Of a stretch of 64,000 nt of DNA, positions 44,301 through 55,025 are shown piece after piece (positions within the stretch are counted from its first letter, which is position 1; every line of letters starts with the position of its first letter). The DNA comes from an uncultured Chloroflexia bacterium (GTDB taxonomy: Bacteria > Chloroflexota > Anaerolineae > CG2-30-64-16): NCBI GenBank assembly GCA_963810095.1, contig CAWEMM010000006.1, positions 320,001 to 384,000 on the forward strand. The letters run 5' to 3'. The notes beneath the pieces were generated by a model. That model was not told the origin of the DNA. It worked only from the letters and a program-made list of their open reading frames with translations, and did no database searches. The position numbers were made by a program, and so were the translations under genes.

Positions 44301-45181
44301 CAGCCGTATTGTCAGCGGTCGCGATGTCAAAGGTGACGCCGCCAGCGCCCGCAGGGTCGAGAGGCTAACGGTGAAGTCGAAGGTGGTCGTCCCGCTGTTG
44401 CCCTCGTTCAGGTTGACGTCGTTACGAAGGGAAGGTGTTGCCGACGATGTGCCTTCCGGACGTCAGCGAGAAATCATCAACTGAAAGCCCATCGTCGGCG
44501 CCAGGGATCAGGTCCGTATCCGCCCAGCGGAGCCAGAACGACGCACCATTCGCGATGGTCAGCCCCGTGATTGTGAACTAGACGGCGGTCCGGTTGGGCG
44601 AGACGTTGCCGTTCAGAGCTCCCACAGTGCCCGCTACCACCGGGCTGGAAAAGTCGAGGCTATCGAAATCTGTCCAGGTGCCAGTCGTGAGGCTGGTGGC
44701 GTTGCGTGCTCAGTTGGAAGTCGAGGCGGTCGGCGGCGCGGCCGGTTGTGTTCTGGCCCAGGCGCCATTGCTCGCCGGTATAGCTGATTTCAAGCGAAGT
44801 AATCGTGCCGCCGGTGTTGTTCGTGAACTGCGCGCCAATGAGCGGGACAAGGCTGCCGCTGCGCAGCCCGCCAAACGCCCGCTCGCTATTGCCGCGTTGG
44901 CGCCGAAGCTGTACGTATCGCCGGTGTTGTCAGAACCAGTTCCGGCTCTATACGTCGTATTTGCGTTCGTGCCACTCTCGCTGAATTCCCAGCCGTCGGC
45001 ACGGCCGTGTTCGCGGTTCCGCTGCTGGCCAAGTGTTGAAGTCCTGCGTGTAAGCGGTGCCGAATGCGGTCAGGCTAACGGTGCCTGCTGCCTGGGCCGG
45101 GGGGACTGCGCCCGGCAGCATGCCGAGCGCCAATGCCAGGATGACCGCGAGCATCGCGATCCTGGACCGGGAGTACATCAT
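41364..45181 (-). CDS. ExeM/NucH family extracellular endonuclease with Calx-beta, PKD and PxKF-like domains (many frameshifts)
   Basis: Signal peptide; GVVVADYEG..GFYIQD..TSDGIFVF, EQYEGMLV, FQLGRFGQV, TLRGGD, MNLLNFFN, EIENDG, NHLKSKGS, GDYNSYAMEDP, GYLDH, HINADEP, SDHDPVVVGL, YAWDLDNDG, FKYGSTIPVK. Confidence 0.85.
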
Positions 45182-45358
45182 CGATTCCTCCAAGGATAGT
45201 GGTGGGTGCGCGTGTGCTGGAAATAGCGCGCGAGGGTTTTGAAGCAAAACGTACGGAGGAATTATAACGGAGGCCCCCGCCGGCAGCAATTCTCAATGCC
45301 GCGGCAGGGCAACAAGCGGCCCTGCAAGACTAGTTTGCGCCTTGCAGGGCCAGTGGTG

Positions 45359-46446
45359 CTAACAGTTGAGCCGCCGGCGGGCCGCATCCACGATCGCGTT
45401 GATCAGCGCGTCGTAGCTGGCGCCCGCGTCCGCGCCAGACGCTGCGGCATGCTCCGCCGCGGCCTCCAGCACCAGGTCGCTCAACCCCGGATACAGGCCG
45501 GGCAGCGGGTTGATCTCCAGAATGTACGGGCGGTCGCCGTCATCCGCATCCAGCCGGAAGTCGACCCGCGCCACGTCGCGGCAGCCGGTCACCCGGAACA
45601 CCTCGGCCGTCAGCAGGTTGAGCTGAGCCACCAGGCCGGCATCGAGCGGCGCGGGGCACAGGTACTTGAACTCATGCGCCCACTCCGTCTTCATCCGATT
45701 GGTGTACACCCCGCCCTCGCTCTCCGGGTACGCCTGCAGGTTGACCTCGAGCGGCGGGTAGAAAGTGCAGACCCTCCATGACCCGCGACGCGGCCTCATT
45801 CCCCGGCACCCGCTGCGCGACCGGCTCGACCAGGTTGCCCACCACCCCGACCGTCACCTCCCGGCCCCGGATGAACCGCTCGACCAGGATCGGCTGGCGG
45901 TAGCGCGCCAGTTGCTCGCGCAGTTGGACCGCGCAGCTCAGCCTCGGTCTGCACGATCGACGATGCGCTGACGCCGATGCCGGTCCCTTCCCGGCTGGGC
46001 TTCACGAACATGGGGAAGCGCATGTCGGGGTCAAGCGGTTCGCCGGCTCGCTCGAACACCTGGAACTCGGGCGTCGGCAGGCCGTGGAACGCCAGCACCC
46101 GCTTGGTCATGGGCTTGTCGAGCGTCAGCGCGAGGGTCATGACCGCGCTGCCCGTGTAGGGCACCCGCATCATCTCCAACAGCGCGGGCACGTGCGACTC
46201 GCGCGAGTCGCCCCAGTGGCCCTCGCAGATGTTGAAGCACAGGTCAGGCTTGAGCTTCGGCAGTTCCTCGATCAGCGAAAGGTTGCCCTCCAGAAACGTC
46301 GCCCGGTGCCCGCCCCGTTCGAGCGCGGCGACGATGGACTCGACCGTGATGTCAGAGTCAAGGTCGTCCCACGCGTCATCCGACATGCCCGGGTATTTCG
46401 GCGCGTTCCGCTTCAGGTTTGCGAGCACCGCGATGTTCAAGCCCAT
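45359..46446 (-). CDS. D-Ala-D-Ala-ligase-like ATP-grasp enzyme (frameshifted)
   Basis: FNICEG..RESHVPALLE..PYTGS, LDKPMTK, VKPSREGTGIG, ARVDFRL, LEINPLPGL. Confidence 0.85.
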
Positions 46447-46507
46447 GTACTCCTCTTTTTTATGCTGGATGTGGGGCCTGCGGCCCCACGTCCACCACAC
46501 GAGAAAC

Positions 46508-47984
46508 CTATCCGTGCGTGCCGTTGCGCCCGTTACCGTTGTGGCCGTTACCGTTGTGCCCGCTCTTGCCGTTCCCGTTCGGGCGGAGGGTGAGCACCTC
46601 GTGCTGAGCCGGGGCGGGGTCCCAGCGCACCTCGCCGTGACCGCGTGCCCGGTTGCGCGCGTGCAGCCTGGTCAAACCCTTCCGGCTTGATCTGCTTCCG
46701 CTCGCCCGTCAGCAAGGCGTGCACGCCGTCCTGGCCCGGCTCATCCTCGGCCGCCGGCCGTTCGGGCCGCGCCACCGTGTGCCCGGTGTAATCGTTGGGC
46801 TCGTCGTAGGTCGTAATGAAGCCCTCGAAGTTGCGGAGGACCACCCGGCCCGGCGCCTGGCTGATCAGGTACTGCGGCATGACGGGGATCTTCCCGCCGC
46901 CGCCCGGCGCGTCGACCACGTAAGTGGGGATCGCGTAGCCGGACGTGTGGCCCCGCAAGCCCTCGATGATCTCGATGCCCTTGCTGACCGTCGTGCGGAA
47001 GTGGCCCGCACCCTCGACCAGGTCGCACTGGTAGAGGTAGTAGGGCCGCACCCGGTTCTTGACCAGCTTGTGCACCAACTCCTTCATCACCTCGACCGAG
47101 TCGTTCACCCCGGCCAGCAGCACGGTTTGCGCGCCGAGCGGAATGCCCGCGTCGGCCAGCAGCGCCAGCGCCTGCGCCACCTCGGGCGTCAGCTCCTTCG
47201 CATGGTTGAAGTGCAGGTTCATCCACAGCGGGTGGAACTGGCGCAGCATCGCGACCAGCTCGGGCGTGATGCGCTGGGGCATGAACACGGGCACCCGGCT
47301 GCCGATCCGGATGATCTCGACGTGTTCGATGGCGCGCAGGCGGCGCAGGATGTCTTCGAGCACCTTCGGGGGCAGCACCAGCGGGTCGCCGCCGGACAGC
47401 AGCACGTCGCGAATCTCCGGCGTGCGCGCGATGTAGTCGATCTGCCGGTCGTAGTCGTGCCGGCTGAACTGTGCGCTCGGGTCGCCCACGATCCGGCTGC
47501 GGGTGCAGTAGCGGCAGTAGCTGGCGCACTGGGTCGTGATCAGCATGAGCACACGGTCGGGGTAACGGTGCACGAGCCCTGGCACCGGGCTGTGGCCATC
47601 CTCGTTCAGCGAGTCTTCATACATGCCGTCGAAGGCCACCAGTTCCTTCGACGTGGGGATCACCTGCCGCCGGATCGGGCAGTTCGGGTCGTCCGGGTCG
47701 ATCAGGGACGCAAAGTACGGGGTAATATCCACCCGGAAGAGGGCGCTGCGTGCACCTTCCTCTTCCTCGGGCGTGAGGTTAATGATCTGGCTCAGTTCTT
47801 CGACCGAGTTCAGCCGGTGGCTGAGCTGCCAACGCCAATCCTCCCACTGACTGTCGGGCACGCCGGCCCAGATGGCCGCGCGGCGCGAACGCAGAGACGC
47901 TCCCGGGGCTACGCGTTGGGGGGGCTCGTCATCCCGGTGGGGAGGCTCCTCCTTTACAACTTCCAGTTCGATTACGTTATCCAT
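46508..47984 (-). CDS. kamA: Lysine 2,3-aminomutase family radical SAM protein (C-terminal frameshift; tail NGNGKSGHNGNGHNGNG)
   Basis: WEDWRWQL, LVHRYPDRVL, CASYCRYCTRSR, LLSGGDPL, RPYYLYQCD, DAPGGGGKIP. Confidence 0.9.
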
Positions 47985-48021
47985 GATTAACCTCACGACA
48001 TTTTTCCAAAGCAGGTTCAAG

Positions 48022-48155
48022 GCAAACAAAAACCCCTGTAACACAGGCTGATCCTGCCGCTGGATGTCACTGGTCAGGAGCACGCTAACGCAACCTGGGT
48101 TGCACGTGTTCCTGGCACGACGGGCGGTCGTGGACCATAAGGTCACAGGGGTGTC
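48022..48155 (-). ncRNA. Candidate structured leader RNA upstream of kamA (family unassigned)
   Basis: Closing stem acccctgtgac / gttacaggggt followed by ttttgttt. Internal helices tggtc/gacca, cacgac/gtcgtg, caggaacacg/cgtgctcctg, gcagg/cctgt. Confidence 0.4.
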
Positions 48156-48328
48156 AGTATTATTTTATCGGGCCCTACCGGCTGCAAGCACCCTAGATTG
48201 GCGCCCTGCCGGTGGTTACCCAGCTAATGTAGCGTTTGTCAGACCACGTGCGTGGCCGAATCCTCCCAACCTTGCGTATTCGCACGCCGTACCGGCGTGT
48301 CCTACATCAGTGGGACCTCGGGGTGGGC

Positions 48329-48565
48329 TCAGCCCAACTCCTCGTCCTCAAAATCCTCGTCGTCATCAACCTGCACGGCGTGCCAGGCTGGTTCGTCGTC
48401 GCCGGAGGGAAAAAACTCGAGCGCCTGGGCCGGAGCCCCGCAATCCGGGCACACCTTAGGGCGCTTCGGCATCACGCCCTGCTCGACGTACCCGCACTCC
48501 ATGCACTCCCATTCTCCAGAATGGGCCCGTTCTCCCGCAGGCTCGGCTTGGACATCAGGTTCCAT
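48329..48565 (-). CDS. Rubredoxin-like small metal-binding protein with acidic tail
   Basis: WECMECGY..CPDCGA motif; GGAG RBS. Confidence 0.75.
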   Translation of the reverse strand: MEPDVQAEPAGERAHSGEWECMECGYVEQGVMPKRPKVCPDCGAPAQALEFFPSGDDEPAWHAVQVDDDEDFEDEELG

Positions 48566-48772
48566 CGCGTTCTCCCGCCCTTAAGACTACTGCCAGGAAG
48601 AGATAGTTCCTGATACGCCCACGTCAAAGAGCTTACCACTGACTGACGAGCAAGTCAGTGGCCGTTCACGCATTTCTTTAAGGTTGTCTTAAGTCATAAA
48701 ACGCGCCTGCTAATTGTACGCATTTGCCCGTTGGTGTCAATTAAGCGGGCCAAGGTTCCCGTGTACGGTCGT

Positions 48773-48802
48773 TTGACACCCTCCGCCACTCTGTGGCATA
48801 CT
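48773..48802 (+). promoter_or_regulatory. Sigma70-type promoter for the trpS leader
   Basis: TTGACA-18 nt-CATACT with extended TG. Confidence 0.65.
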
Positions 48803-48825
48803 GACGCTCGACAAGCACACATCAC

Positions 48826-49094
48826 AAAGACTAGGAACCGGGCAAGTACCCGGCGCGCGCGCTCTCAGAGAGCCCCGGCAAGTGTGAGCGGGGCAGCGGC
48901 GGCGCAGGGGAATGGGCCGGGGAGTCGCCAGCCTAAGAAGCTGCGCCGGAGACGCCACCGTTACCAGGGCGCGCGGCGGCTCGGTGAGCGCCTGATGCGG
49001 CAACCGCCGGCAGAGCGGGGCTGCACGCGCAGCCCAACCAGGGTGGCACCGCGAGGATCGACCTCGTCCCTGCACAGGGACGAGGTTTGTTTTT
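48826..49094 (+). ncRNA. T-box riboswitch (Trp specifier) with intrinsic terminator
   Basis: AG box cagagag; specifier GAA-TGG (48913-48915); T-box AGGGTGGCACCGCG (49040-49053); terminator acctcgtccctg-ca-cagggacgaggt-ttgttttt; directly upstream of trpS. Confidence 0.92.
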
Positions 49095-49112
49095 GCCCGT
49101 TGGCCTACGGCT

Positions 49113-49182
49113 AACACAGAGACACCGGAGCACAACGGACAGCTGCTTTGTGCTCTTCGTGTCTTGGTGTCTTTGTGGTGAA
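49113..49182. repeat. Palindromic repeat family A copy
   Basis: Reverse complement caccacaaagacaccaagacacgaag matches 4394-4419. Confidence 0.6.
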
Positions 49183-49227
49183 ATCCAGGGTCCGAGACGC
49201 GGCAAGGCGTGAGAAAGGAATGACATC

Positions 49228-50307
49228 ATGTTGGGCAAGAAACGCATTCTGACAGGCGACCGGCCCACCGGCCGCTTGCACCTGGGGCACTATGTGGGCA
49301 GCCTGCGCAACCGCGTGCGGCTGCAGGACGAGTACGAGTGCTTCTTCATCATCGCCGACCTGCACATGCTGACGACCAAGAACGCGCCCGCTGAGATCAA
49401 CGAGATTGCGGACAACGCCCGGGGTATGGTGCTCGACTACGTCAGCCGCCGGCATCGACCCGGCGAAGTCGACCATTTTCCTCCAGTCGGCCATCCACGA
49501 GACCTACGAGCTGGCGCTGCTGCTGGGCAACCTCGTCACCGTGCCGCGGCTGGCGCGCGTGCCCAGCATCAAGGACATGGCACGCGCGGCCATGATCGAC
49601 GTGGAGGCGATCCCGTTCGGCCTGCTCGGCTACCCCGTGCTCCAGGCCGCCGACATCCTGCTGCCCCGCGCCAACCTGGTGCCCGTGGGCAAGGACAACC
49701 AGGCCCACGTCGAGATTACCCGGGAGATCGCCCGCCGCTTCAACAACCTCTACGGCGAAGTCTTCCCCATCCCCGACGACCTCGTCGAGGGCGACACGCT
49801 GCCCGGCACGGACGGCCAGGCGAAGATGAGCAAGTCGATCGGCAACGCCATCTTCCTGAACGACGACGCAGCCACCGTGCGGAAGAAGGTGCATAGCATG
49901 TACACCGACCCCAACCGCATCCGGGCCGACATCCCCGGCACGGTCGAAGGCAACCCTGTCTTCACCTACCTGGACCACTTCGACCCGGATAAGCCGCTTG
50001 ATCGAAGAACTCAAGACCCGTTACCGGGCCGGAACGGTCGGCGACGTGGAGGTCAAGGAGCGGCTGGCGCAGTCGCTGAACGCGTTCCTCGAGCCAATGC
50101 GCGAGCGGGCCGCGCAGTACGCGGGCCAGAGCGGCCTGGTCGACGAGATCATCTTCCAGGGCACGATGCGCTACCGCGAGATCGCCGGCGAGACGATGCG
50201 CGAGGTGAAGAAGGCAATGGGGCTGTCGAGCACGCTTCAACCGCATCGCGCGGAAGGCCGAGGAACGGCAGAAGAAGCTGGCGAAGCAGGGCGCGGGCAG
50301 CCGCTGA
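49228..50307 (+). CDS. trpS: Tryptophanyl-tRNA synthetase (frameshifted)
   Basis: [47 protein letters not shown]. Confidence 0.95.
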
Positions 50308-50309
50308 CC

Positions 50310-51454
50310 GTGCTGGCCGGCCGCGCAACCCCTGCCGGCACTGCCCGCTTCGCGGACCGCTTCGGCGGCCAGCGCGCTGCCCCGTCGCAAACGGCGCAGC
50401 CCAGCCGGGCGAACACTTTCGCCCGCTGGATGACCTGCGTATCTCGTCGATAGGCTTCGGCCTGGCGTCGGGCGATCCGACCGACGAGATCGACGCGCGC
50501 TATCAGCAGGCGGTCGCGGCGGCGGTGGCAGGTGGCTGCAACCACTTCGACGTGGCGCTCAGCTACCGGGGGCAGCGCAGCGAGGTCGCGCTCGGCCGCG
50601 CGCTGGCCGAGCTGGTCGCCGCGGGCGCGCTGCAGCGCGACGAGGTGATCGTCGCCAGCAAGGCCGGCTTCATCCCCTACCCGCCGGACGAGGACGACAC
50701 CGCCCGTTACGTCTACGAGAACTTCATTGCAGCAGGCATCGCCGAACCTGACGATTTTGCGGGCGGCATCCACTGCATGGCGCCGAATTTCCTGAGCCAA
50801 CAGATCGCCTGGAGCCTGCGCAACCTCGGGCTCCGGCCGGTCGACATCTACTATCTCCAGAATCCGGAGACGCAGCTGCCGTTTGCGGACCGCGACCACG
50901 TTTCGGCGCCGGCTGCAACTGGCGTTTGCCAGGCTGGAAGAGGAAGTGGCTGCCGGGCCGCATCGGTTGTTACGGCGTCGCGACGTGGGAGGGCTTCCGC
51001 CTCGCACCGGTGACCAAGACCTACATGAGCCTGGAGGTGCTGGAGCGCCTGGTCGTCGAGGTCGCAGGCGTGAACCACCACCTGCGCGTGGTACAATTGC
51101 CGCATCAACACCGGCATGCTCGAAGCCTTGACGCTGCGCAACCAGCCCGTGCGGAACAGCATCTTGCCGTTCCTCTCGGCCGCGCGCGACCTGGGTTTCG
51201 TCGTCGTAGCCAGCGCGGCGCTGGGGCAGGGCCAGAGCGCACGGCCGCCTGGCCGAAGCACTGATTGACGGCTTTCGCGGGCTCGACACGCGCCGACCAG
51301 CGCAGCCTGCAGTTGGTGCGCTCGCTCCCGGGCGTCGACCTCGGCCCTGTTCGGCAGCACCGACGAACAGCACGTGCGCGAGAACCTGGCTTTGGCCGCC
51401 GAGCCGCCGGACCCGGCGACTGCGCTGCGGCTGGGGCACATGAAAGGGCGTTAG
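50310..51454 (+). CDS. Aldo/keto reductase family protein (frameshifted)
   Basis: [56 protein letters not shown]. Confidence 0.8.
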
Positions 51455-51455
51455 G

Positions 51456-52227
51456 TTGGCACACTTGCGGGCCGTCCTTTTCGACATGGGCGACACGATC
51501 GTCGAGCTGGGGGAGGGCGGCCGCCCGGTGGGCGACTAGCTACGAGGAGCGCGTGATGCTGCGGGTCGCACGCGTGTTTGATGCGCTGGCGGCCCGGGGC
51601 GTCAGCCTCCCCGAGCAAGCGACCTTCTGCGAGGCTTTGGCGCACGACAGCGAAGCGCAGTATCAGGCTGCGCTTGCGGAGCAGATCGGCATCGACGCCC
51701 CGACCGTCATGCGCCGCTTTCTCCAAGCGCAGGGATTGCCGGCCGACGACGATTTCGTGGAGGCCGCAGCCGAAGCCTACTGCCGCGGCGGCCCCGAGCT
51801 GGTCGCGCCGCTGCGACTGGGCGCGGTCGAGACCCTTACCGCGCTCCGGGCGCGCGGGCTGCTCCTGGGCGTGATCTCAAACACGATCCAGCCCGGCCGG
51901 TTCCTGACCACGAACCTGCAGCGCTGGGGGCTCGATCACCTCTTCGACGTGCAGGTGTATTCGTCTGATGTGGGCGTTGCCAAGCCGCACCCGCGCATTT
52001 TCCAGGTCGCGCTCGAAGCACTGGGCGTGGCGGCGCCGGATGCGGTCTATGTCGGCGACCGTCTGGTGCCCGACGTCGGCGGCAGCCAGGCCGCGGGAAT
52101 GAAGGCCGTGCTGATCGAGGTCGAGCACCGGGCGGAGACGCACCCGACCATCGTTCCCGATGCGCGCATCAAGGAGCTGCCCGAGTTGCTCGCCGTGCTG
52201 CCTGCGCTGTATGAAGTCCCCGTTTAG
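51456..52227 (+). CDS. HAD-superfamily hydrolase, subfamily IA (frameshift near 51530)
   Basis: RAVLFDMGDT, GVISN, AKPHPRIF, YVGDRLVPDVGG. Confidence 0.85.
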
Positions 52228-52239
52228 CAAAGGAATCCA

Positions 52240-53289
52240 ATGCAATCACTACCGACCATCGACGTCGATCTCCTGGTCGAGCGGCTCGTCGCCCTGCTGC
52301 AGACCCCCAGCCCCACCGGCGACACTGAGGCCGCGCTCACGCTCGTCGCCGGTTGGCTGACGCAGATGGGCCTCGCGCCTGTGCACACCAAGAAGGGTGC
52401 CCTCACCGTCACCGTCGAGGGGGCGGCTGACGACGCGCCGCGGGCAGTCACCGGGCATGTCGATACGCTGGGCGGCATCGTCACGCAGATCAAGGCCGAC
52501 GGCCGGTTGACCTTCGATCGCATCGGCGGCTACCCTTATTTTGCGGTCAACGGCGAATATTGCTGGGTCAGGGCCGCGGACGGCCGCTCGCACACGGGGA
52601 CGGCTCTGCTCGTGAAAGCGTCGGTGCACGTACACCGTGAGCCGGTGCGCGACCGTGAGTGGAAAATCGACGAGATGGAGATCCGCCTGGATGCCCGCGT
52701 CAGTTCCGCAGCCGAGGTACGCGAACTCGGCATCGAGGTGGGCGACCTGGTCGCGTGGGACCCCCGCACGACAGTGACCGAAACGGGCTACATCAAGTCA
52801 CGCCACCTGGACGACAAGGCAGGCGTTGCGGTGATGCTAGCCGCACTGCAGGCGCTCTTGGACGCGGGGCTCAAGCCTGCGCAGCGCACCACGTGGCACT
52901 TCAGCAACTTCGAGGAAGTTGGGCACGGCGCGGCGGCAGGCGTGCCCGCCGACGTGGCAGAGTTAGTGGCAGTGGACATGGGCGCGCTGGGCGAAGGGCT
53001 GCAGGGCAACGAACACGCCGTGAGCATTTGTGCCAAGGACAGCGGCGGGCCCTATGATCTTGGCATCCGGCGGCGCCTCGTCAGCCTTGCCCAGGGCCAT
53101 GCCATCCCGTACAAGCTCGACATTTACCCATACTACGGCTCAGATGCAGAGGCTGCGCTGCGTGCGGGCGGCGACCATCGCATCGGCCTGTTGGGACCGG
53201 GCGTCGACGCGTCGCACTCGTTCGAGCGCACGCACCGCGATGCACTCGACGCCTCGACGCGGCTGCTGTTGGCGTATCTATTGGCGTGA
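52240..53289 (+). CDS. M42 family metallo-aminopeptidase
   Basis: PSPTGDT, GHVDTLG, KSRHLDDKAG, FEEVGHG, YGSDA, ASHSFERTH. Confidence 0.92.
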   Translation: MQSLPTIDVDLLVERLVALLQTPSPTGDTEAALTLVAGWLTQMGLAPVHTKKGALTVTVEGAADDAPRAVTGHVDTLGGIVTQIKADGRLTFDRIGGYPYFAVNGEYCWVRAADGRSHTGTALLVKASVHVHREPVRDREWKIDEMEIRLDARVSSAAEVRELGIEVGDLVAWDPRTTVTETGYIKSRHLDDKAGVAVMLAALQALLDAGLKPAQRTTWHFSNFEEVGHGAAAGVPADVAELVAVDMGALGEGLQGNEHAVSICAKDSGGPYDLGIRRRLVSLAQGHAIPYKLDIYPYYGSDAEAALRAGGDHRIGLLGPGVDASHSFERTHRDALDASTRLLLAYLLA

Positions 53290-53322
53290 GACCTTCGAGG
53301 TCTTGAAGGCCTCGAAGGTCTT
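53288..53322. repeat. Palindromic repeat family B copy
   Basis: agaccttcgagg-N9-cctcgaaggtct, perfect 12-bp arms. Confidence 0.65.
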
Positions 53323-53343
53323 TGACCGACCGAAGGATTGCTT

Positions 53344-54113
53344 TATGACCGAAGGACCGAAGAGCTACCTGATCGACATGGACGGCGTGCTCGTGACTGG
53401 CGGAACGCCGATCGCGGGGGCGAACGAATTCATTGCGCGACTGCGCGAGCGCGGGGCGAAGTTCCTCGTCCTGACCAACAACTCCAAGTACACGCCCGGC
53501 GACCTCGCGTTCCGGTTGAACAGCAGTCGGGCTGGATATTCAGTCCGAATGCATCTTCACCTCGGCAATGGCCACCGCGCGCTTCCTTGCGTCGCAGCGC
53601 CCGAACGGCACCGCCTACGTCATCGGGGAAAGCGGTTTGACGTGGGCGATACACAGCGCCGGGTATGTCATCACCGAGCGCGACCCCGACTATGTGGTGC
53701 TCGGCGAGGCGCTCAACTACTCCCTCGAACAACTCACCCTCGCCACCCGGCTCGTCGCAGCGGGGGCGCGTTTCATCGCCACCAATCCCGACAACAACGG
53801 ACCGGCCGAGGGCGGCATCGTGCCCGCGTGCGGCGCGGTGGCCGCGCTCATCGAGCGGGCAAGCGGCGTAAGCGCCTTCTTCGTCGGCAAGCCCAACCCG
53901 CTGATGCTGCGGCTGGCGCTGAACTCGATCGGCGCGCACTCGGAGAGCACGGTGATGGTTGGGGACCGCATGGACACGGACGTGATTGGGGGCGTGCAGG
54001 CGGGCATGGAGACGGTGTTGGTGCTCTCGGGCATGACGCGGCGGGAGGATGTGAACCGCTATCCGTACCAGCCGACACGCGTCGTCGGTTCCGTGGCCGA
54101 CATTATTCCTTAG
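53344..54113 (+). CDS. HAD-IIA (NagD-like) phosphatase (frameshift near 53530)
   Basis: [36 protein letters not shown]. Confidence 0.9.
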
Positions 54114-54257
54114 AGTGCTGCGGCGGAAAGGCTTGCCCGCTTAGGAGCCCGCATTGCATCTCTGCGCCCTCGTTGCGCTGTAATTAAGAGCTGTTTGTGC
54201 CAGCCGGAGTTCGAGGCTTCCCCGCGGGGCGGGGTCTTTGGCAACAGGGGTGTCGCG

Positions 54258-54950
54258 ATGGGCAATCAGGTCAACGAAGTGAGGCAACTCCGCGAGCAGG
54301 TGGTGAAAGCAGCGCACGCAGTGATCAGGAGTGGTGCGATTTCGCGTTCGGGACACGGCAACATCAGCCTGCGCATTCCCAATACGAAGAGCATGCTCCT
54401 CACCTCGGTCATGAATCTCGAGGATTTGACGGCCGAGATGCTGCCGCTGGTCACCTTCAACGGTCAGGTCCTCGACGGCCAACTGGACCCAGTCTCGGCC
54501 GAGATTATCGGCATGCACGCGATCGTGTACGAAACCAACGAAGGCATGGGCTCCGTGGTGCACACCCATGCACCCTATGCGACGACTTACACGGTCGCGG
54601 ATCGTCCGATCGAGTGCTGGTACGAGGGCATGGCCCGCTTCAATCTCAGCGACCCCATCCGGGTGGCGCGCTACGGCCCCCGCGGCTCTGCAGAGTCGAT
54701 CGGCAATATCGCCGACGTAATGAATGAGCGGTCGCGTGCGGTGCTGTTGCAGAATCACGGTGTTCTGGCGTTCGAGCGCGATCTGTTGGGGGCCGTGCGG
54801 GTTTTGACTGTAGTGGAAGAAGCTGCCGAATTAGGCCTGCGGGCGAGCCTGATCGGTCAACCGACGCTCATCCCACCGGAACTGGCGGGCTATGCGCAAC
54901 AGCGTGCGGCCGAGTTTGCCGAACGCGGCGCCCTGCACACGCACGACTGA
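54258..54950 (+). CDS. Class II aldolase/adducin family protein
   Basis: GHGNISLR, EIIGMH, VVHTHAPYAT, LLQNHGVL. Confidence 0.88.
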   Translation: MGNQVNEVRQLREQVVKAAHAVIRSGAISRSGHGNISLRIPNTKSMLLTSVMNLEDLTAEMLPLVTFNGQVLDGQLDPVSAEIIGMHAIVYETNEGMGSVVHTHAPYATTYTVADRPIECWYEGMARFNLSDPIRVARYGPRGSAESIGNIADVMNERSRAVLLQNHGVLAFERDLLGAVRVLTVVEEAAELGLRASLIGQPTLIPPELAGYAQQRAAEFAERGALHTHD

Positions 54951-55025
54951 GTGCGGAGGCTGGATTGCCTCTCCCCCCGCTCGGCCTGTCTGGCGCCGAG
55001 CGGGGGCGGATGCCAGCTTGTGCCG

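Noticed and set aside
45359-46446. Gene symbol ddl
   Set aside because: N-terminal motifs differ from true D-Ala-D-Ala ligases, and the context is kamA, not cell-wall genes.
47990-48190. Canonical lysine riboswitch upstream of kamA
   Set aside because: No AGAGG-(U/C)GC or GAAAGG loop-E signature and the region is too short; retained as an unassigned structure.
49228-50307. Programmed frameshifting or pseudogenisation of trpS and ppdK
   Set aside because: Indels are scattered across the whole window with no consistent slippery sites; sequencing error is more parsimonious.
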